DNA of 64,000 nucleotides from Lingula anatina (taxonomy: Eukaryota > Animalia > Brachiopoda). The notes beneath the pieces are model-generated. The model had not been told where the DNA came from and made no database searches. It saw nothing but the letters and a program-made list of their open reading frames with translations. Below, piece after piece: positions 51,578 through 64,000 of this stretch. Positions within the stretch are counted from its first letter, which is position 1, and each line of letters begins with the position of its first letter. The stretch is from positions 11,036,001 to 11,100,000 of the forward strand of contig CM120646.1 in NCBI GenBank assembly GCA_051362555.1, read 5' to 3'. The position numbers and the translations under genes were made by a program.

Positions 51578-53892
51578 ATGTCTGCGCCCAGCGTTGCTAG
51601 CGTGAAAGAATTGATAGCTCAAAAGGATGCGTTAGAAGCAGAAATGAAGGAACTTATGGATGTTCTGGAGTCAGTGAGTATATTTGCTTTGTATCTGTGG
51701 TGCTATTAAAATCAGGTTTCTTCAGTGTGTTTGATTTATACACCAATACTCTTTCAACATTCAGGCAAATCATAGATCAAAAAAGAATTTTGCTGATTCA
51801 CACTCACAGCATAATATTTTTATAATTTTTTATATAAACCCTCTTAGCACCACATTCTAATACAAGTTTAACGGTCAGTTATTCCATCATCTCAGTGTTC
51901 TGAAAAGTAGAGAAGTAAACACTTTTAAGTTCAAACTGCTTCAGTCACGTTCGACTTTTTCCTGTTTAATCTTTTATTAGCAAGGCGGAGTGGGAATGGA
52001 TGGTCCAATTTTAGATGAAGAACAGTATCCAAGATCTGATATAGATGTATACACTGTACGCCATGCAAGGCACAGGATAGCATGTAAGTAAGCACAGTAA
52101 ACGGCTTATGCATATCTTGTATTTTCATCAAGGGGGGAGGGGGGGTATACTTTGGCAAGTATTTACGAAACAAGTGCCTAGGCAATCTTCATGCAGATAA
52201 TTTAACTTAATGTTCTTGAAAAATTTATGATTTAACTAAGGTATCCCTTAATTTAACTTTAACTTTATTATTACCCTATGAAACTCTATATTGTCTCTCC
52301 CCCGCCTCCCAATGAAATATATAATCATAAATGAAATAAAATGATGAAAGTTAAATTAAAGATCATTATATAAGATCATATCACCTTTACATTTAAGGCC
52401 TCCAGAATGACCACAAGGCCAAGATGAAGGAAATAGAGGAAAATCTCTATCAACTCCACGAGGAGGCAAGGAAACAGAAAGAACAGGCAATGGAGGTAGA
52501 CAGTTCTGCCCAAGAAACAAAGATGGATACTGCGATAGATGAGAAACCTTTTGCCAAAATTGACCGGGTGGACTCTGGCTCTCCAGCCTCTCAGGCAGTA
52601 TGTAGTTATAGTGAAAAAGATGTCAACCATCTGAATGAACTGTAATATAATTGTTCTTATTTTTCAACCTCCTTCCCATCCTTCAGAATGCCTCATAGGC
52701 ATGCAGAGATTTTTTACAAATTTTAGATCTTGTCTTATCAAAGAAATCTTTTCAAGAAGCATGTTGATGCGATGGTGGCTGAGAAGTGAAAATTCTAAAT
52801 TAAAATTGAAAAACAATTTTTCTGTGCAACAAAGATAAATGTAGAGAAGATTAGAAGTATATCATAATGAAGATAGATCCTGTTTTGTAAAGATAAGAAA
52901 GGTATGAGTGAAGGGAAATTAGGAGATTTTTTTAAGTTAAGGTACTTGCGCTATCTTTCTATGCCCTGGATTATTGTGTCACATGATATAAATGAACAAA
53001 AATATTTGACATGCATTTTTTCAGGGTCTTACATTAGGAGATGAGATTGTCGAGTTTGGATCAGTCAATGCCAAAAATTTCACAACACTTCAGAATATTG
53101 CGACAGTTGTACAACACAGTCAAGGGGTAAGTACCCATGCCTTCCATTTTGGTGTGTTGTTAAAAATGTTAATTTTTTTCAGTACAATCTTTGAAGTGCT
53201 TGTCAGGTTTGCAGGCCAATAAAATGATCCTTGATTTCTCATGTCTTTTTCATATGCTAAATTCAAGTTCTATTAAATGTAAAAAAAATTATTTTCAGTA
53301 AACATCTCTGCCAAAGACCTGTGTCTGTGATAAATAAGCACATAGAACATCATCTTTTTAAATTTTTATTTTTTTATTCCAGAGTCCACTCCATGTCAGT
53401 GTAATAAGGCAGGGGGAGAGGACACACTTGTCTCTGACACCACAAACATGGAGTGGAAAAGGACTGTTGGGGTGAGTGACTAATCTTTTGACTAAGAAAG
53501 TGACTGTTTTGACTCATCCAGTGGAGGGATAACACATAAGAGAGGAAAAAATAATCTAATACTGTTCCATTTTTTTTTCTCATTTGATAGCATATCAACT
53601 ATGTACTAGTCTGCAATTTTAATCAGTATTTTAAAAGAAGACTTGAAAAAGTGTTTTGAGCATTTTGCTTTTGTAATTAAAAGCATGATGGCGATGAAGC
53701 TATAGATTTGAGGTATTTGCTATTTTATGTTTTGAGTTTGGTTTTTTTTTTATCTTGAATTTGATTCTTTTTCAATAATGCTTACTCTTTGAATGTAAAT
53801 TAGGGAAAATTTAGATATTATTTGAATTTTGTCTTATGCTGACAAGGAACAAATTCCATTTCAGGTGTAACATTGTACCACTGAAGAGGTGA
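51578..53892 (+). CDS. PSMD9: 26S proteasome assembly chaperone p27/Nas2 (PSMD9), 6 exons
   Basis: [39 protein letters not shown], a PDZ domain ([30 protein letters not shown]) and C-terminal [19 protein letters not shown]. Confidence 0.95.
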
Positions 53893-55100
53893 CAGAGATG
53901 CCAGGGAAAAATCAGTTTCATATAAGAAGAAAAACTATATTGAAGCAGTGCAAGTCTAACTGAGTGAAAATCTGGGGAGCTATCAAGTGTATCCCCTACA
54001 GAGCCGATAATTAATTACCCCCTAGCAGCTTCAGTAGGCCTGACAGACATCTAAGCCGCTCAAGTTAATAGCAATTTAGATCGATCCACAGTTAGCAAGA
54101 TGGGGTCTGGGATTGGTCCCTTATTGTTATGCAATTTTCATCATGGGCGCACCAGTACAGAGGACTGTCTTTATCTTCTGACAGAACTTGGCATCAGTTA
54201 ACAAACAATATTTAAATTGCTGAATCTGGAGCTTTAGTGTTCATTCACTTTTTAAAAATCCCACTTTTCACTCTAAATCCAAATCTTCTTTTTGTAAATT
54301 TTATGCATAATTTCATAAAAAAAGTAATGACTCAAAGATGAAAGTGGTCTGTTGCTAAGTTTACTCTATATAGATCTTAAAAACAATGATGATCATTTGA
54401 TAAAATGTTCATGGATCATTCATGCTTTCAAAATTAAGCAATGTTGTGTATAAAATATGCGCATCCCTCCTTAAAAAAGATCTGAACACATTTTTAAAAG
54501 AAGAATTTTTGAAATATTTTTATTATTTCTGAATTCTGGGATGCACTTGCATTGTCAATAAACAAAGTATGCAGATACTGAGTATTTTATGTGTAAAGTG
54601 CACTTTCATCCACCTTGATATTACAAAAAAAGGTAAAGAAAATATAAATTACGCTGCTTTCAAATTATAAAAAGTAAAAATTACATTTTTCATGTGTGTA
54701 TAATACAGTATTGGGTAATTACACTTTTTCATCAATATAAGCTCAAACTGTTTTATATCTGAAATGTATACTTATGGTTAGCTGGAAAACACATCGTAAA
54801 ATGTTTAAAATAAAAAAAAAGTTGCTTTTAATTGGTGCAGTAACTAAAATTCACAAACATGATAACAACGAAACAAAAAATCGAGGGATGCTAAATGACT
54901 AAATAGCTATTTTATGGACGGAATGATTAGAATTGGTTTTCACAGACTTTTCTTGTAGATTGAGAGGACTAGCATCGGACTGTATGCGGCGGCCCCATTT
55001 TCATTCCATATTAAAATTTTCTTACCAAATCACTTCTTAGTGCAGAAAATATATCCGGTCATTCTTGTCTTTCACAAAACTACATTTATAACACTTATAA

Positions 55101-56942
55101 TTAATTAATGCTCTCTCTAAATTTCTTCCTAGTCCTGGCTAGTCTTTCTGATCGATCATATTCAAATGATTCGTTGTTGTAAACGAGTTTCTTCCTACTG
55201 GTTGGTGGATTGTCAGTCATGGGCGTGGCTTTAACAAGTGATTGACGGGAGGTGGGTCTTGGGGTGTCGTCACCAGTTCCTACGTGTGCACCGTGACGTA
55301 TTCTTTTACAGAGAATGAACAACAAGATGAAGAGCACGAAAAACGCCAGAAGAGAAATGACAGCGATGACCACGGTGGAACTCAACCCTAATACTGATGG
55401 TGCAGCAGACCATTCCGTAGTTCTAAGTGTGGTTGAACTTGGCAAATTGATTGTCGTGGATAAATTGGTTGTTGTTAACGTTGATGCACTAGTAGCTCTC
55501 GTTGTTGTTGATGTTGTCGTTGATTCAGCTGGTTCCGTGGAAGTGTGTGAAGTTGCAGAGGAAAATTCTGCAACCCCGTCAGTGGTGACGCCATCCCCGA
55601 TATCTTTGGTTGTAAGATTGCTACTGACCGTGCTTAAGCCACTGAAATTACCCGTTGTCAAGTTGTTGCTGATTGTCGTATTGCTGAATGTCAATGTACA
55701 GTTACCACTGGGGAATTGAAGTACAGTGTAGTTGAGATATTCATCTGGCTTTGCACAGAAAGGATCTTGAACACTCGTGGTGTTTAACTCTCGCAACCAC
55801 AGTAACTGACAATCACAGATCAGAGAATTGCCATGGAAGTTGAATTGCTGTAGGTTTTGTAAAGAGGCAAATACTTCTTTCTCCAAAAATTGGAGTTGGT
55901 TATCGGAAATATCTAGAGATATGAGAGAATCCCTGAGCCCCAGAAAAGCGTCTTTTTTAAAAGTTCTGATGTTGTTGTTTTGAAGGTACAAATGCTCCAA
56001 GTTACCTTGTGTTCCAAAAGTATTTTCGTCTATAACATTAATTCCATTGCGTGATAAATCCAACGTCTTTAAAGCTACCAGACTTTTGCAGTCTTTTTCG
56101 GTAAAAGATACTAAATGAGCATCGGATAAATCAAGATATTGAAGCTGAGTCAAATTCCCTAACATTTTTGGAACCATTGTTAGATTATTGTTACTTAGTC
56201 TTAAACTGGTCAGGCTCCGTAAATTTAATAAAAACCCAAAATCTCTGCTCTCTGTCAAAGAATTTCCATCCAGGTCCAATGTCTGTAAAGCTTCATTAAA
56301 AGCTTCGTTCGAAATATTGTAGATTGAATTTCCCGCAAGGTTCAAAGCTCTTAGGTTTGGGAAACTTGAAAATGCGTTAGGTGAGATTTTTGTGATAGCG
56401 TTGCTGCTGAGGTCCAACTCCGTCAGATGCGACAAATCATCTTCTGTATTGAAACTATCTCCTTGAATTTCATTTCGAGACAAGTTGACGACTTCCAGTC
56501 GTGTAAGATTGTTAATTGGTACATATGGAAACACCTTAATTCTATTTCCGTCTAAATATAGCTGCGACAAATCCCTTAATGTGCTAAACGCACCGTTTGA
56601 AATAATACTGATATTGTTATTGGACAGGTAGAGCGTACTGATAAAACTTAGATTTCCAAATGCATTGTCGTATAGAGTATCAATACTGTTATTCATTAGA
56701 TTTAAGACGGTAAGAGATCCATTCAGTGACAGAATGGGAAATTGTGGAATATTTGGCCCAAGGCCATGACTAGAACAATCTAACGTCCAAGTCGTCTCAT
56801 TTTGGAATGTGCTGGTTGAACAAATGCAGAAGTGCGGGCAAATTGTGCCGTTTTCGCCACTAACGCAATTGATGGCGATAAGTATTATGCTGGCCCATGT
56901 TATCCCGTGCTGCGGTTTCTCACATCTGGGGTACATGTTCAT
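55101..56942 (-). CDS. LRR single-pass membrane protein (SLIT/chaoptin-like repeats), single coding exon
   Basis: 613 aa with a signal peptide, LRRNT CPHFCIC, about 12 LRRs, LRRCT NSLICDCQL, a Thr/Ser stalk, a TM segment and a short tail. Confidence 0.92.
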   Translation of the reverse strand: MNMYPRCEKPQHGITWASIILIAINCVSGENGTICPHFCICSTSTFQNETTWTLDCSSHGLGPNIPQFPILSLNGSLTVLNLMNNSIDTLYDNAFGNLSFISTLYLSNNNISIISNGAFSTLRDLSQLYLDGNRIKVFPYVPINNLTRLEVVNLSRNEIQGDSFNTEDDLSHLTELDLSSNAITKISPNAFSSFPNLRALNLAGNSIYNISNEAFNEALQTLDLDGNSLTESRDFGFLLNLRSLTSLRLSNNNLTMVPKMLGNLTQLQYLDLSDAHLVSFTEKDCKSLVALKTLDLSRNGINVIDENTFGTQGNLEHLYLQNNNIRTFKKDAFLGLRDSLISLDISDNQLQFLEKEVFASLQNLQQFNFHGNSLICDCQLLWLRELNTTSVQDPFCAKPDEYLNYTVLQFPSGNCTLTFSNTTISNNLTTGNFSGLSTVSSNLTTKDIGDGVTTDGVAEFSSATSHTSTEPAESTTTSTTTRATSASTLTTTNLSTTINLPSSTTLRTTEWSAAPSVLGLSSTVVIAVISLLAFFVLFILLFILCKRIRHGAHVGTGDDTPRPTSRQSLVKATPMTDNPPTSRKKLVYNNESFEYDRSERLARTRKKFRESIN

Positions 56943-58966
56943 TTTTCATGTCTGGTTGAATCTGAAAATATAAAAAACTTATTTATTTATTATTATATAT
57001 TCAATTAAAAAATACGCCAGCTTATTGTTTTAATGATTTTATTTTCTCATATGTGACCAATAAATATCTGTCGTTTACATCAACATGATATAATTGTTTC
57101 GTTATAGGCAATATCGACGTAATGTGCTGAACTGAAAAGACTACTTGACTTTTTGACTTGCGATAATTCAGAGGAAAAAAAAACATGTCATTTATTAAAG
57201 TGCAGAGACATCATAAACAGATAAAAATGTAATCAAACAGGTAGGCCAGTCTGTGTTATCTACTGATATAGCATAATAGGACTAGGTAGAATTTTAAAAC
57301 CTTGTTTATCCCTCTTATTACCTTGTGGTTTCAAGATATGGTTTGTAACAGAATCAAAGTCTAACTACATGTTTTAAATCAACAAAAAATGAGATTGTGA
57401 AAGAAAGTTTACGTTTTTGTGCGTTAAACCTAAGATTTCTAGGTTCTATCCTATAGATAAATTAATAAACTCTCTTCTGCTTCCTTTTTTCTAATAACAT
57501 TACGAAATGAATAATATTTTAACACGGTTTCTCTGTAATGTACCTAGATTTTACCATCATTGAATTCGTATATACCCCTACACGAAAAAAAGTTTCGCTG
57601 GTGCAAACGTATTGAAAACAGCCAAAGAAAGAAAGCAGTAGAAAGTCATGATCGCCCACACCTTTATAGGGGCAGTTCATGGGAATTATTTCTTAACTCT
57701 TGCTGTTTTACATATAGTTCACCCTTTTCTTTTATAAGCAAGGCGCGTACGTGTGTAGAAAAATGAATAGATAAATTATTGTAATACGAGAAAGGCCCAG
57801 CTCCTCTTAAATTCAAGTTGTGACATTAGGCTTTCAGGCGCACCTTGTCGCTCCCAGTTTATGACTTTGTGGTGACGGTTTTTTAGCGGCAGGAAAAATT
57901 CAATCACTGGTTTGTTGCGTGCAATATTTGCACCTGCCCTGCTGGCAGACTAAAAAAAAGAGAAGAAATGAAAATAATATTCACACGACGCTTGTAACAC
58001 ACAGAAACAATTTGAATGCTATTTCTCCAGTGTTGCATGGACGTCGTACAATGAGAAATGCAGAGATGTCGCAAGGGCAGGCAGCTAGGATGGTGTATAC
58101 CTTTCGCTTTGTAAAAGATATCTTTTCACCTGTGTTATGGACTTTCTAATGTCGTGAAAATTGTATTTGTGACGCAACATTAAAACTATATGTATCACTT
58201 CTTTCCGCTAGGCTTACTGTAAATTGTTGAGAAAAAAAGATATAAGATTATGTTTTTATTCTGCTGTACAAACAAACTATTTCTTTTCCTGTAGACGAAG
58301 AACGGGTAGGAACCTATGGATGCGCCTGCTTTATCTGTGAGGGGGGAGGTTTGAGGTCAAAGGACACCCCCCCCCTTCCTGCAACACCACCCCCCTCCGT
58401 CGTTATCAGTTTTGATATCCAAGTCACGGAACATCCTCTACGCAATTCTTCTTCTCCCTCCTCCCCTCCCCCTTTATATCGCTCGTCGACATTTTCATTT
58501 CACAGACTTACTTTATTTCACTACATAATTTATTACACTGCTGCCAGTGCTAACCGGATTTGCAAGATAAGTTTGCTATCCTCAAGAAAATCGTCCGGAA
58601 TGTGAAACGATGACGCATCACTGTGATGACGCGCACCTGTGACCGTTTCTGCTTGGTCAATCCTTGGACGAAATTATTCGCCCAAGGTCGATCTTGCAAG
58701 TGTGCGTTCAGACAAAGAGCATAAGTCGTCCGGTGCGATCTTGATGACGTCACAAGGCATTCAGGTTAATTTACCAGTGATTTATATCTGCGTGTAGTAG
58801 AGGAGATTTAAGAGTGGGTCTGTTGGGGGTAAAGATGCAAAACAGGTTGGGGGAGGGGTATGGCCCGACAATTATATCAAGATTACATTATTCTCGGCCA
58901 GTACAAACTATTATGAACGCTATGGTATAAATATGAATTATACTTGTTTTATCAAGAGTTACATCT

Positions 58967-59225
58967 CAGAGCCGTAGCCTCCGGGGGGGCAGGGGGGGCA
59001 GCTGCCCCCCCTGGGATTTGAGGTGCAAATATGGCAAAATGGCAATATGAACCCACAATTTTTGACTTCTGATTGAGCAATAAATAACAGTTAAAATGCA
59101 CCAGAATGCAGTATTATACATACAGTTTTTAAAAAATTTCCACACCCACCCACCCCCCTCGGGTGCTTCGCCCACTCGTGTCCGCTTACTGCCCCCCCTG
59201 GCATTTTGCTCAGGCTACGGCCCTG
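58967..59225. mobile_element. hAT-like MITE with a 5-bp TSD
   Basis: TIRs CAGAGCCGTAGCCT...AGGCTACGGCCCTG, with CATCT on both sides. Confidence 0.75.
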
Positions 59226-60184
59226 CATCTTGACCAAGAACCAAGGAGTCACTGTGACAGCACACACAGTTCCTTTAATAAAGGCTTTATCACCAGCTTT
59301 TACTGACACCACGGCTACCCCCTTCCCCCCCAAGCGCGCGCACACACGCACACACACATTGTGGAAGCTCTTTACGAGACATCCAATCACAGCATCTTAA
59401 AAACCTGAGCGTACATTACGCCATCGTCATACCTTTTGGCCAATGCTTAGGTACACATACACACCACATGAATATTCCAGATCTTATGTAAGTTCTCTTA
59501 CCTGTTTACCTAGTGTCAACGCACACCTGCATTGACGTGCATTTGACACCTCTGACGCACCTTAAAATATGGTCGAACGCGGAAGTTAAGGTCGAGACGA
59601 CAGACATCACGGTACTGCACCCCCCTTAACCGCCAACGTCCGTTCAGCTTGATACACTACCTGTACTATGTTACTACACACATCCACTACTGGTCTTAAG
59701 TAATACAAGGTCAGAGCAACAATAACGACCTTCTATTGATTCCATTGAACAGATTGTTTATGGTACTATTAGATAGGGGTTCTTGCTGAGAAAAGACCCT
59801 GTTGTTTACTTTTGCTTACACTAAATCTCAATGGTTAAACTCAAATTTCGATGGCTAAACCTGGTCTTTAGTATAATTGTGCGTTGTACTGTTCCTGATC
59901 AACTACGTTTTAACGTGTAAAATGAGATGGACAGGCATGAATACGTAGTCGATTAAGTGCAAGAGATTGGGAAGGGGGGGGGGGCAATCATATGTGGGGG
60001 GTAATGATAAAAGAGTGATAAAGCTGGCAACATAGAAAAGGAAGCGAGAGTTTATCTGATCCCTAACTTTTACCACTTAATATCTTTACTTTCTATATTG
60101 ATAGACTCTTGCCAATGCACTCGGTTGACTTGACAGCACAGGAAGATTCATCCTCATTTTGGAGACATTGTAAGTGATTAGTAA

Positions 60185-60222
<38 letters not shown>

Positions 60223-61659
60223 GGATGAATTACTCATACGAATTTGCAATGCGGACAATCTTAGATTCCAGGTTCGAATGGCAATTGTGGGGTAAGGTGC
60301 AGAAAAAATAATAACAACAGACAAATACCTGTTTGGTCCAGACTGTCCCCCGCATGGAACATTCAACAATAGAGACGAAGTATCAAGCCAGCCATAACAA
60401 TCTACATCACATGTACGAGATCAAATGTGAGCACGGTGACGTACGTGACATACGTGACATGGGCGGCAGACCTTGAAGTATTTGTCCTTTACATTTTCTT
60501 TGTACTTTTCTTTTTCCATACAGGTCTTAAATTGAGGGTGACAGACGACAACAAAGTAAGAAAATAAAGAAAATTTAAAATTTACGATGGTTATTTTATG
60601 AAATTTGAATCGTTTGAAAATAAGTCAAGAATACTTTAAGAGAAAACAGCAGTCTATTGATAAACAAGAGTTTTGCAGAAGGAAAGACGAGTAAGACAGT
60701 GGATGTTGTGTCTATGATACGACAATCATTTGACATGTCATGGTCCTTGAAGGTTTCACATTTCTGTATTAAATTGCTACCTTTTTAACATTCATATTGA
60801 GCGAGAGATAGCGTTTAATCTTATTTTTAAGAAGCGTCTTATTTTCTGACTCATTATACTCATGTTCTGATAAACGTTCTTCTGACTTTTTAAAGTTTAA
60901 TAAACTATGCATTCTCCGAAACTATCTTTTCACTAGCTTCACATTCAGTTTATAACACCTGCAGCAGGTCGATCTGAAATTCCGAACGTATTACTTAATT
61001 TGCGTTTTTTTAACCCAGGCGAAAAAAAGACCGACCCACACTAGGATTCAACACAACGTTATGTTGATTCCTAGCTCCAAACAAATACCTTCGGTATAGA
61101 CAAAAATAGCTTTAAAATTCTAGCACGACCACTGACAGAAATTGTGATACTGTTTGTGAATGAATATCTGTGGTGTTCGAATATAAATCGGCCACTCCCT
61201 GCTTTTATATATTTTCATTTGAAAGACCAGTGGCTATATTTTAATTTTCTTTCTAGCAAACCAAGAAAAGATTAACATTTAAGGAGGTTTAAAGTGGCTT
61301 TAAATCAAGAGTACAGTGAATAGATAGTATAGATATAGGCCTACTGCGTGCAATGCTATTAGGCCTATTAGTTACCCCGTTAGACCTTGTTGATTTATTA
61401 ATTCATTTGATTAGTAAACACTCAAGAAAAAGTTTTGGTACACAATAAATATATCCTAACAGGCAAATAATCCAAAGTTAATTTTTATTATTGATTTTCT
61501 TCCGAGAATGCAAACTTATCACCAACGCTCCAGGCTATCTTTGAAAATTCAGCGCAGTTTTATCCCGTCATTCCGGGGGGAGTATTAACGACCGTCGGAA
61601 GAGCCGTAACATTACTTCTTCTAAGACGGCAGAGAGGCGAAGACGGGCCATCATCAACA

Positions 61660-61865
61660 ATGGTGAGATATTGGCTATTTTCTTACAATCTCCACACATT
61701 TGATTGGATTTTTGAATGTCACTGTATACGTTTATTGTGAACAATTGACTTCCGAGATTTATTTTAGATTTCATCAATGAGAAACTGGTTAATTTTCAGG
61801 GTTTCCGAACCGCCGTGCTACTGCTGACTTTGGGTTTGCTGGCATCAGCGCAAACCTCTGCCTTG
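61660..61865 (+). CDS. Probable 5' start of a secreted-protein gene (ATG, intron, then signal-peptide exon 61800-61865)
   Basis: ACAATG|GTGAGA...TTTTCAG|GGT... gives MGFRTAVLLLTLGLLASAQTSAL followed by a GTACGT donor. Downstream exons were not identified. Confidence 0.5.
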
Positions 61866-62845
61866 GTACGTATCCCACGTAACATTAGATCAATTCACGT
61901 GTTTTTATGATAGGCATATTTGTCGAGGGAGGTCGGAAAATCCTGACTGATTGGTTAAAGATGGACTTGATCTCTTTTTTATATTTGGAAAAGATGATAA
62001 GGGATTCTGTACATGTTGTCGCTGCTTTCAATGTTTACGTTTTACTACGGGACGGCGTGTGCGAGTAAGCGTTACGTAATAACCACGCCCCTCTAATGTT
62101 ACTGAGTTTTTAATGTGCTATGGCTAGCCTGTATTTTTGTAGTTTTGGTTAAATCTGAGCTTTTAAAACCCGTCTTAATTCTTTTGAAGTAAAGAAAGGT
62201 AGTCTAAGGTTGCTTCACAAAAGGAGTTCAAAAGGAGCGTCGTATTTATAATTACCAGTATCTACAGATAATTGTTATTTTTCTTTTTGAAACGGTTTTC
62301 CACTTGCTTCTTTAGTAGTTATATTGATTAAACATAAATGGTGATTTGATTTTGATATTATTAGAAAAATAAAACTGAAGAAATAGCTTTTTGAATTAAG
62401 AATGGAAGGTGAGTTGATTTTGAAAAAAAAAAAAAAGATTAAAACCATTCCAACGGCATTACTGTTGTTTGAATGTTAATATCTCCATATCTGCACTTCC
62501 ATGCATCTGTATCTGTTTCTTTATTCACTCTTTGTATAAAAAAGTTTCAGTCTTTGTCCAATATTATGAATACCATCAACTCTGCATGGATCTGTGTTTG
62601 GTTATATATTTGAGCTAGCTGTGTGAAAACAACATAGAAAAACAAGACACATTTAACTTATCAGTCTGCATGCTTATACAATGTGAACAGCATGTATATA
62701 TTGAAAACATGCATTACTGAGGATACTGTGTACAGTGTATCAGTATTTTGGCGTGTTCACATGAGGCCTAATTTAGACAGAAAATTAGACTAATTTTTTC
62801 ATGATGAAAAAGAGTTTGTCTAATTTCAAGCCCAAGGTAATCATG

Positions 62846-63061
62846 CACCCCATTTCCATAGATTAGATCGACCTACTTTAGATCGACCTAACTCCCTGGG
62901 GGTTCACGCTAAATAGCTGTCAGCCTGGCGGACACAAAAGTTAATTACCTCCTTACAGCTTGTAGTAGGCGGGACGGACATTTAAGTCGGATTATCTGAA
63001 AGTAATCTAGTGAGACTCCCTGCGGGGATAGATCGATCTAAAAATCTATGGAAATGGGGTG
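62846..63061 (+). mobile_element. Harbinger-like MITE, copy 2
   Basis: Matches 12565-12779. TIR CACCCCATTTCCATAGAT. Confidence 0.85.
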
Positions 63062-63343
63062 TAATTTTTCATGATGGAAAAGAGTACGTCTAATTTCAAG
63101 CCCAAGGTAGTCATGGACTAAAGTTGATATTTCTTGGTTTTGCCTTTTGTGCCTGTTCGCACTAGGCAAAAGATTACCTGTCTTAATTGGTCCAAATGGC
63201 ACTGGTAGTTTATATATAGTCTAACAGGTATCTAGGCAGCATTATATCATTCACTACTTTTGTATTCCACATAAAGATGGGATTGACTGTTTGGAGTAAT
63301 TACTATACTATACTATTACTATAATGACTATGACCTCATTCAT

Positions 63344-63507
63344 ATACCTAGATCGATCTAGCAGGATTGACCCATCTCCGAGGGGATTCTTGCTAAATTA
63401 CATTCAGCTTATTAGGCGTGCCAGACATCAGAGCCACTTATGCTGATTGCAATTAAGCGAGAAACCCCTCGCAGATGGGTCGATCCTGCTAGATGGATCT
63501 AGGTATG
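63344..63507. mobile_element. Related foldback MITE
   Basis: Inverted arms ATACCTAGATCGATCTAGCAGGATTGACCCATCT and AGATGGGTCGATCCTGCTAGATGGATCTAGGTAT. Confidence 0.7.
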
Positions 63508-63521
63508 GGAACAGGGTTTAA

Positions 63522-63736
63522 GGCTCTATTCCCATAGATTTTAGATTGATCTATCCACGCGGGGAGTCTCACTAGATTACTTTCAGATAATCCGACTTAA
63601 ATGTCCGTCCTGCCTACTACAAGCAATAAGAGGGTAATTAACTTTCGTGTCCGCCCGGCTGACAGCTATTTAGCGTGAACCCCCAGGGAGTTAGGTTGAT
63701 CTAAAGTAGGTCGATCTAATCTATGGAAATGGGGTG
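63522..63736 (-). mobile_element. Harbinger-like MITE, copy 3 (inverted), TAA TSD
   Basis: Reverse complement of 62846-63061 and 12565-12779, flanked by TAA. Confidence 0.85.
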
Positions 63737-64000
63737 TAAGTCAGAGTAAAAATTGGTCTAAACAGGAACTTGAGTGAACAAAGATTTCTACTGCACTTAG
63801 AGACATAAGTCAAATTCTTGTGGTTGTCTATGACCAGATCTTAGAAGGAAGTCATTTATTACTCTATTGTTGTGCGTAGTAAACAGCCACGTGGGGTATA
63901 ATTTGTTTTCATTTTTGTCTCATTCATTTTTGTTACCTTTTATCTTTAAAGGAGGATATCTCATCTCTTCCTGGGACAAAAAAAGAAAAAAAAAAACATA

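Overview
AT-rich, intron-rich animal genomic DNA. It is probably a marine invertebrate such as a lophotrochozoan or mollusc, inferred from gene and repeat content. Genes: the first exon of a carboxylesterase; a head-to-head pair of short pentraxins; a carboxylesterase pseudogene; an 85-aa secreted peptide precursor absent from the ORF track; two LRR single-pass membrane proteins; an uncharacterised SPFH/band-7-like coiled-coil gene; a C-type lectin; PSMD9; and the probable start of a secreted-protein gene. RNA genes: an intact intron-containing tRNA-Lys(UUU) and two intron-containing tRNA pseudogenes. Mobile DNA: a 10.6-kb non-autonomous P-superfamily-like element (31-bp TIRs, 7-bp TSD) holds a full-length CR1/L2-group LINE, which has a 2A-like motif and is flanked by a ~0.9-kb direct duplication. 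Two 24-29 bp relics of the same TIR, each inside its own 7-bp TSD, look like P-element excision footprints. Several MITE families are also present. Coordinates and exon joins were read by eye.
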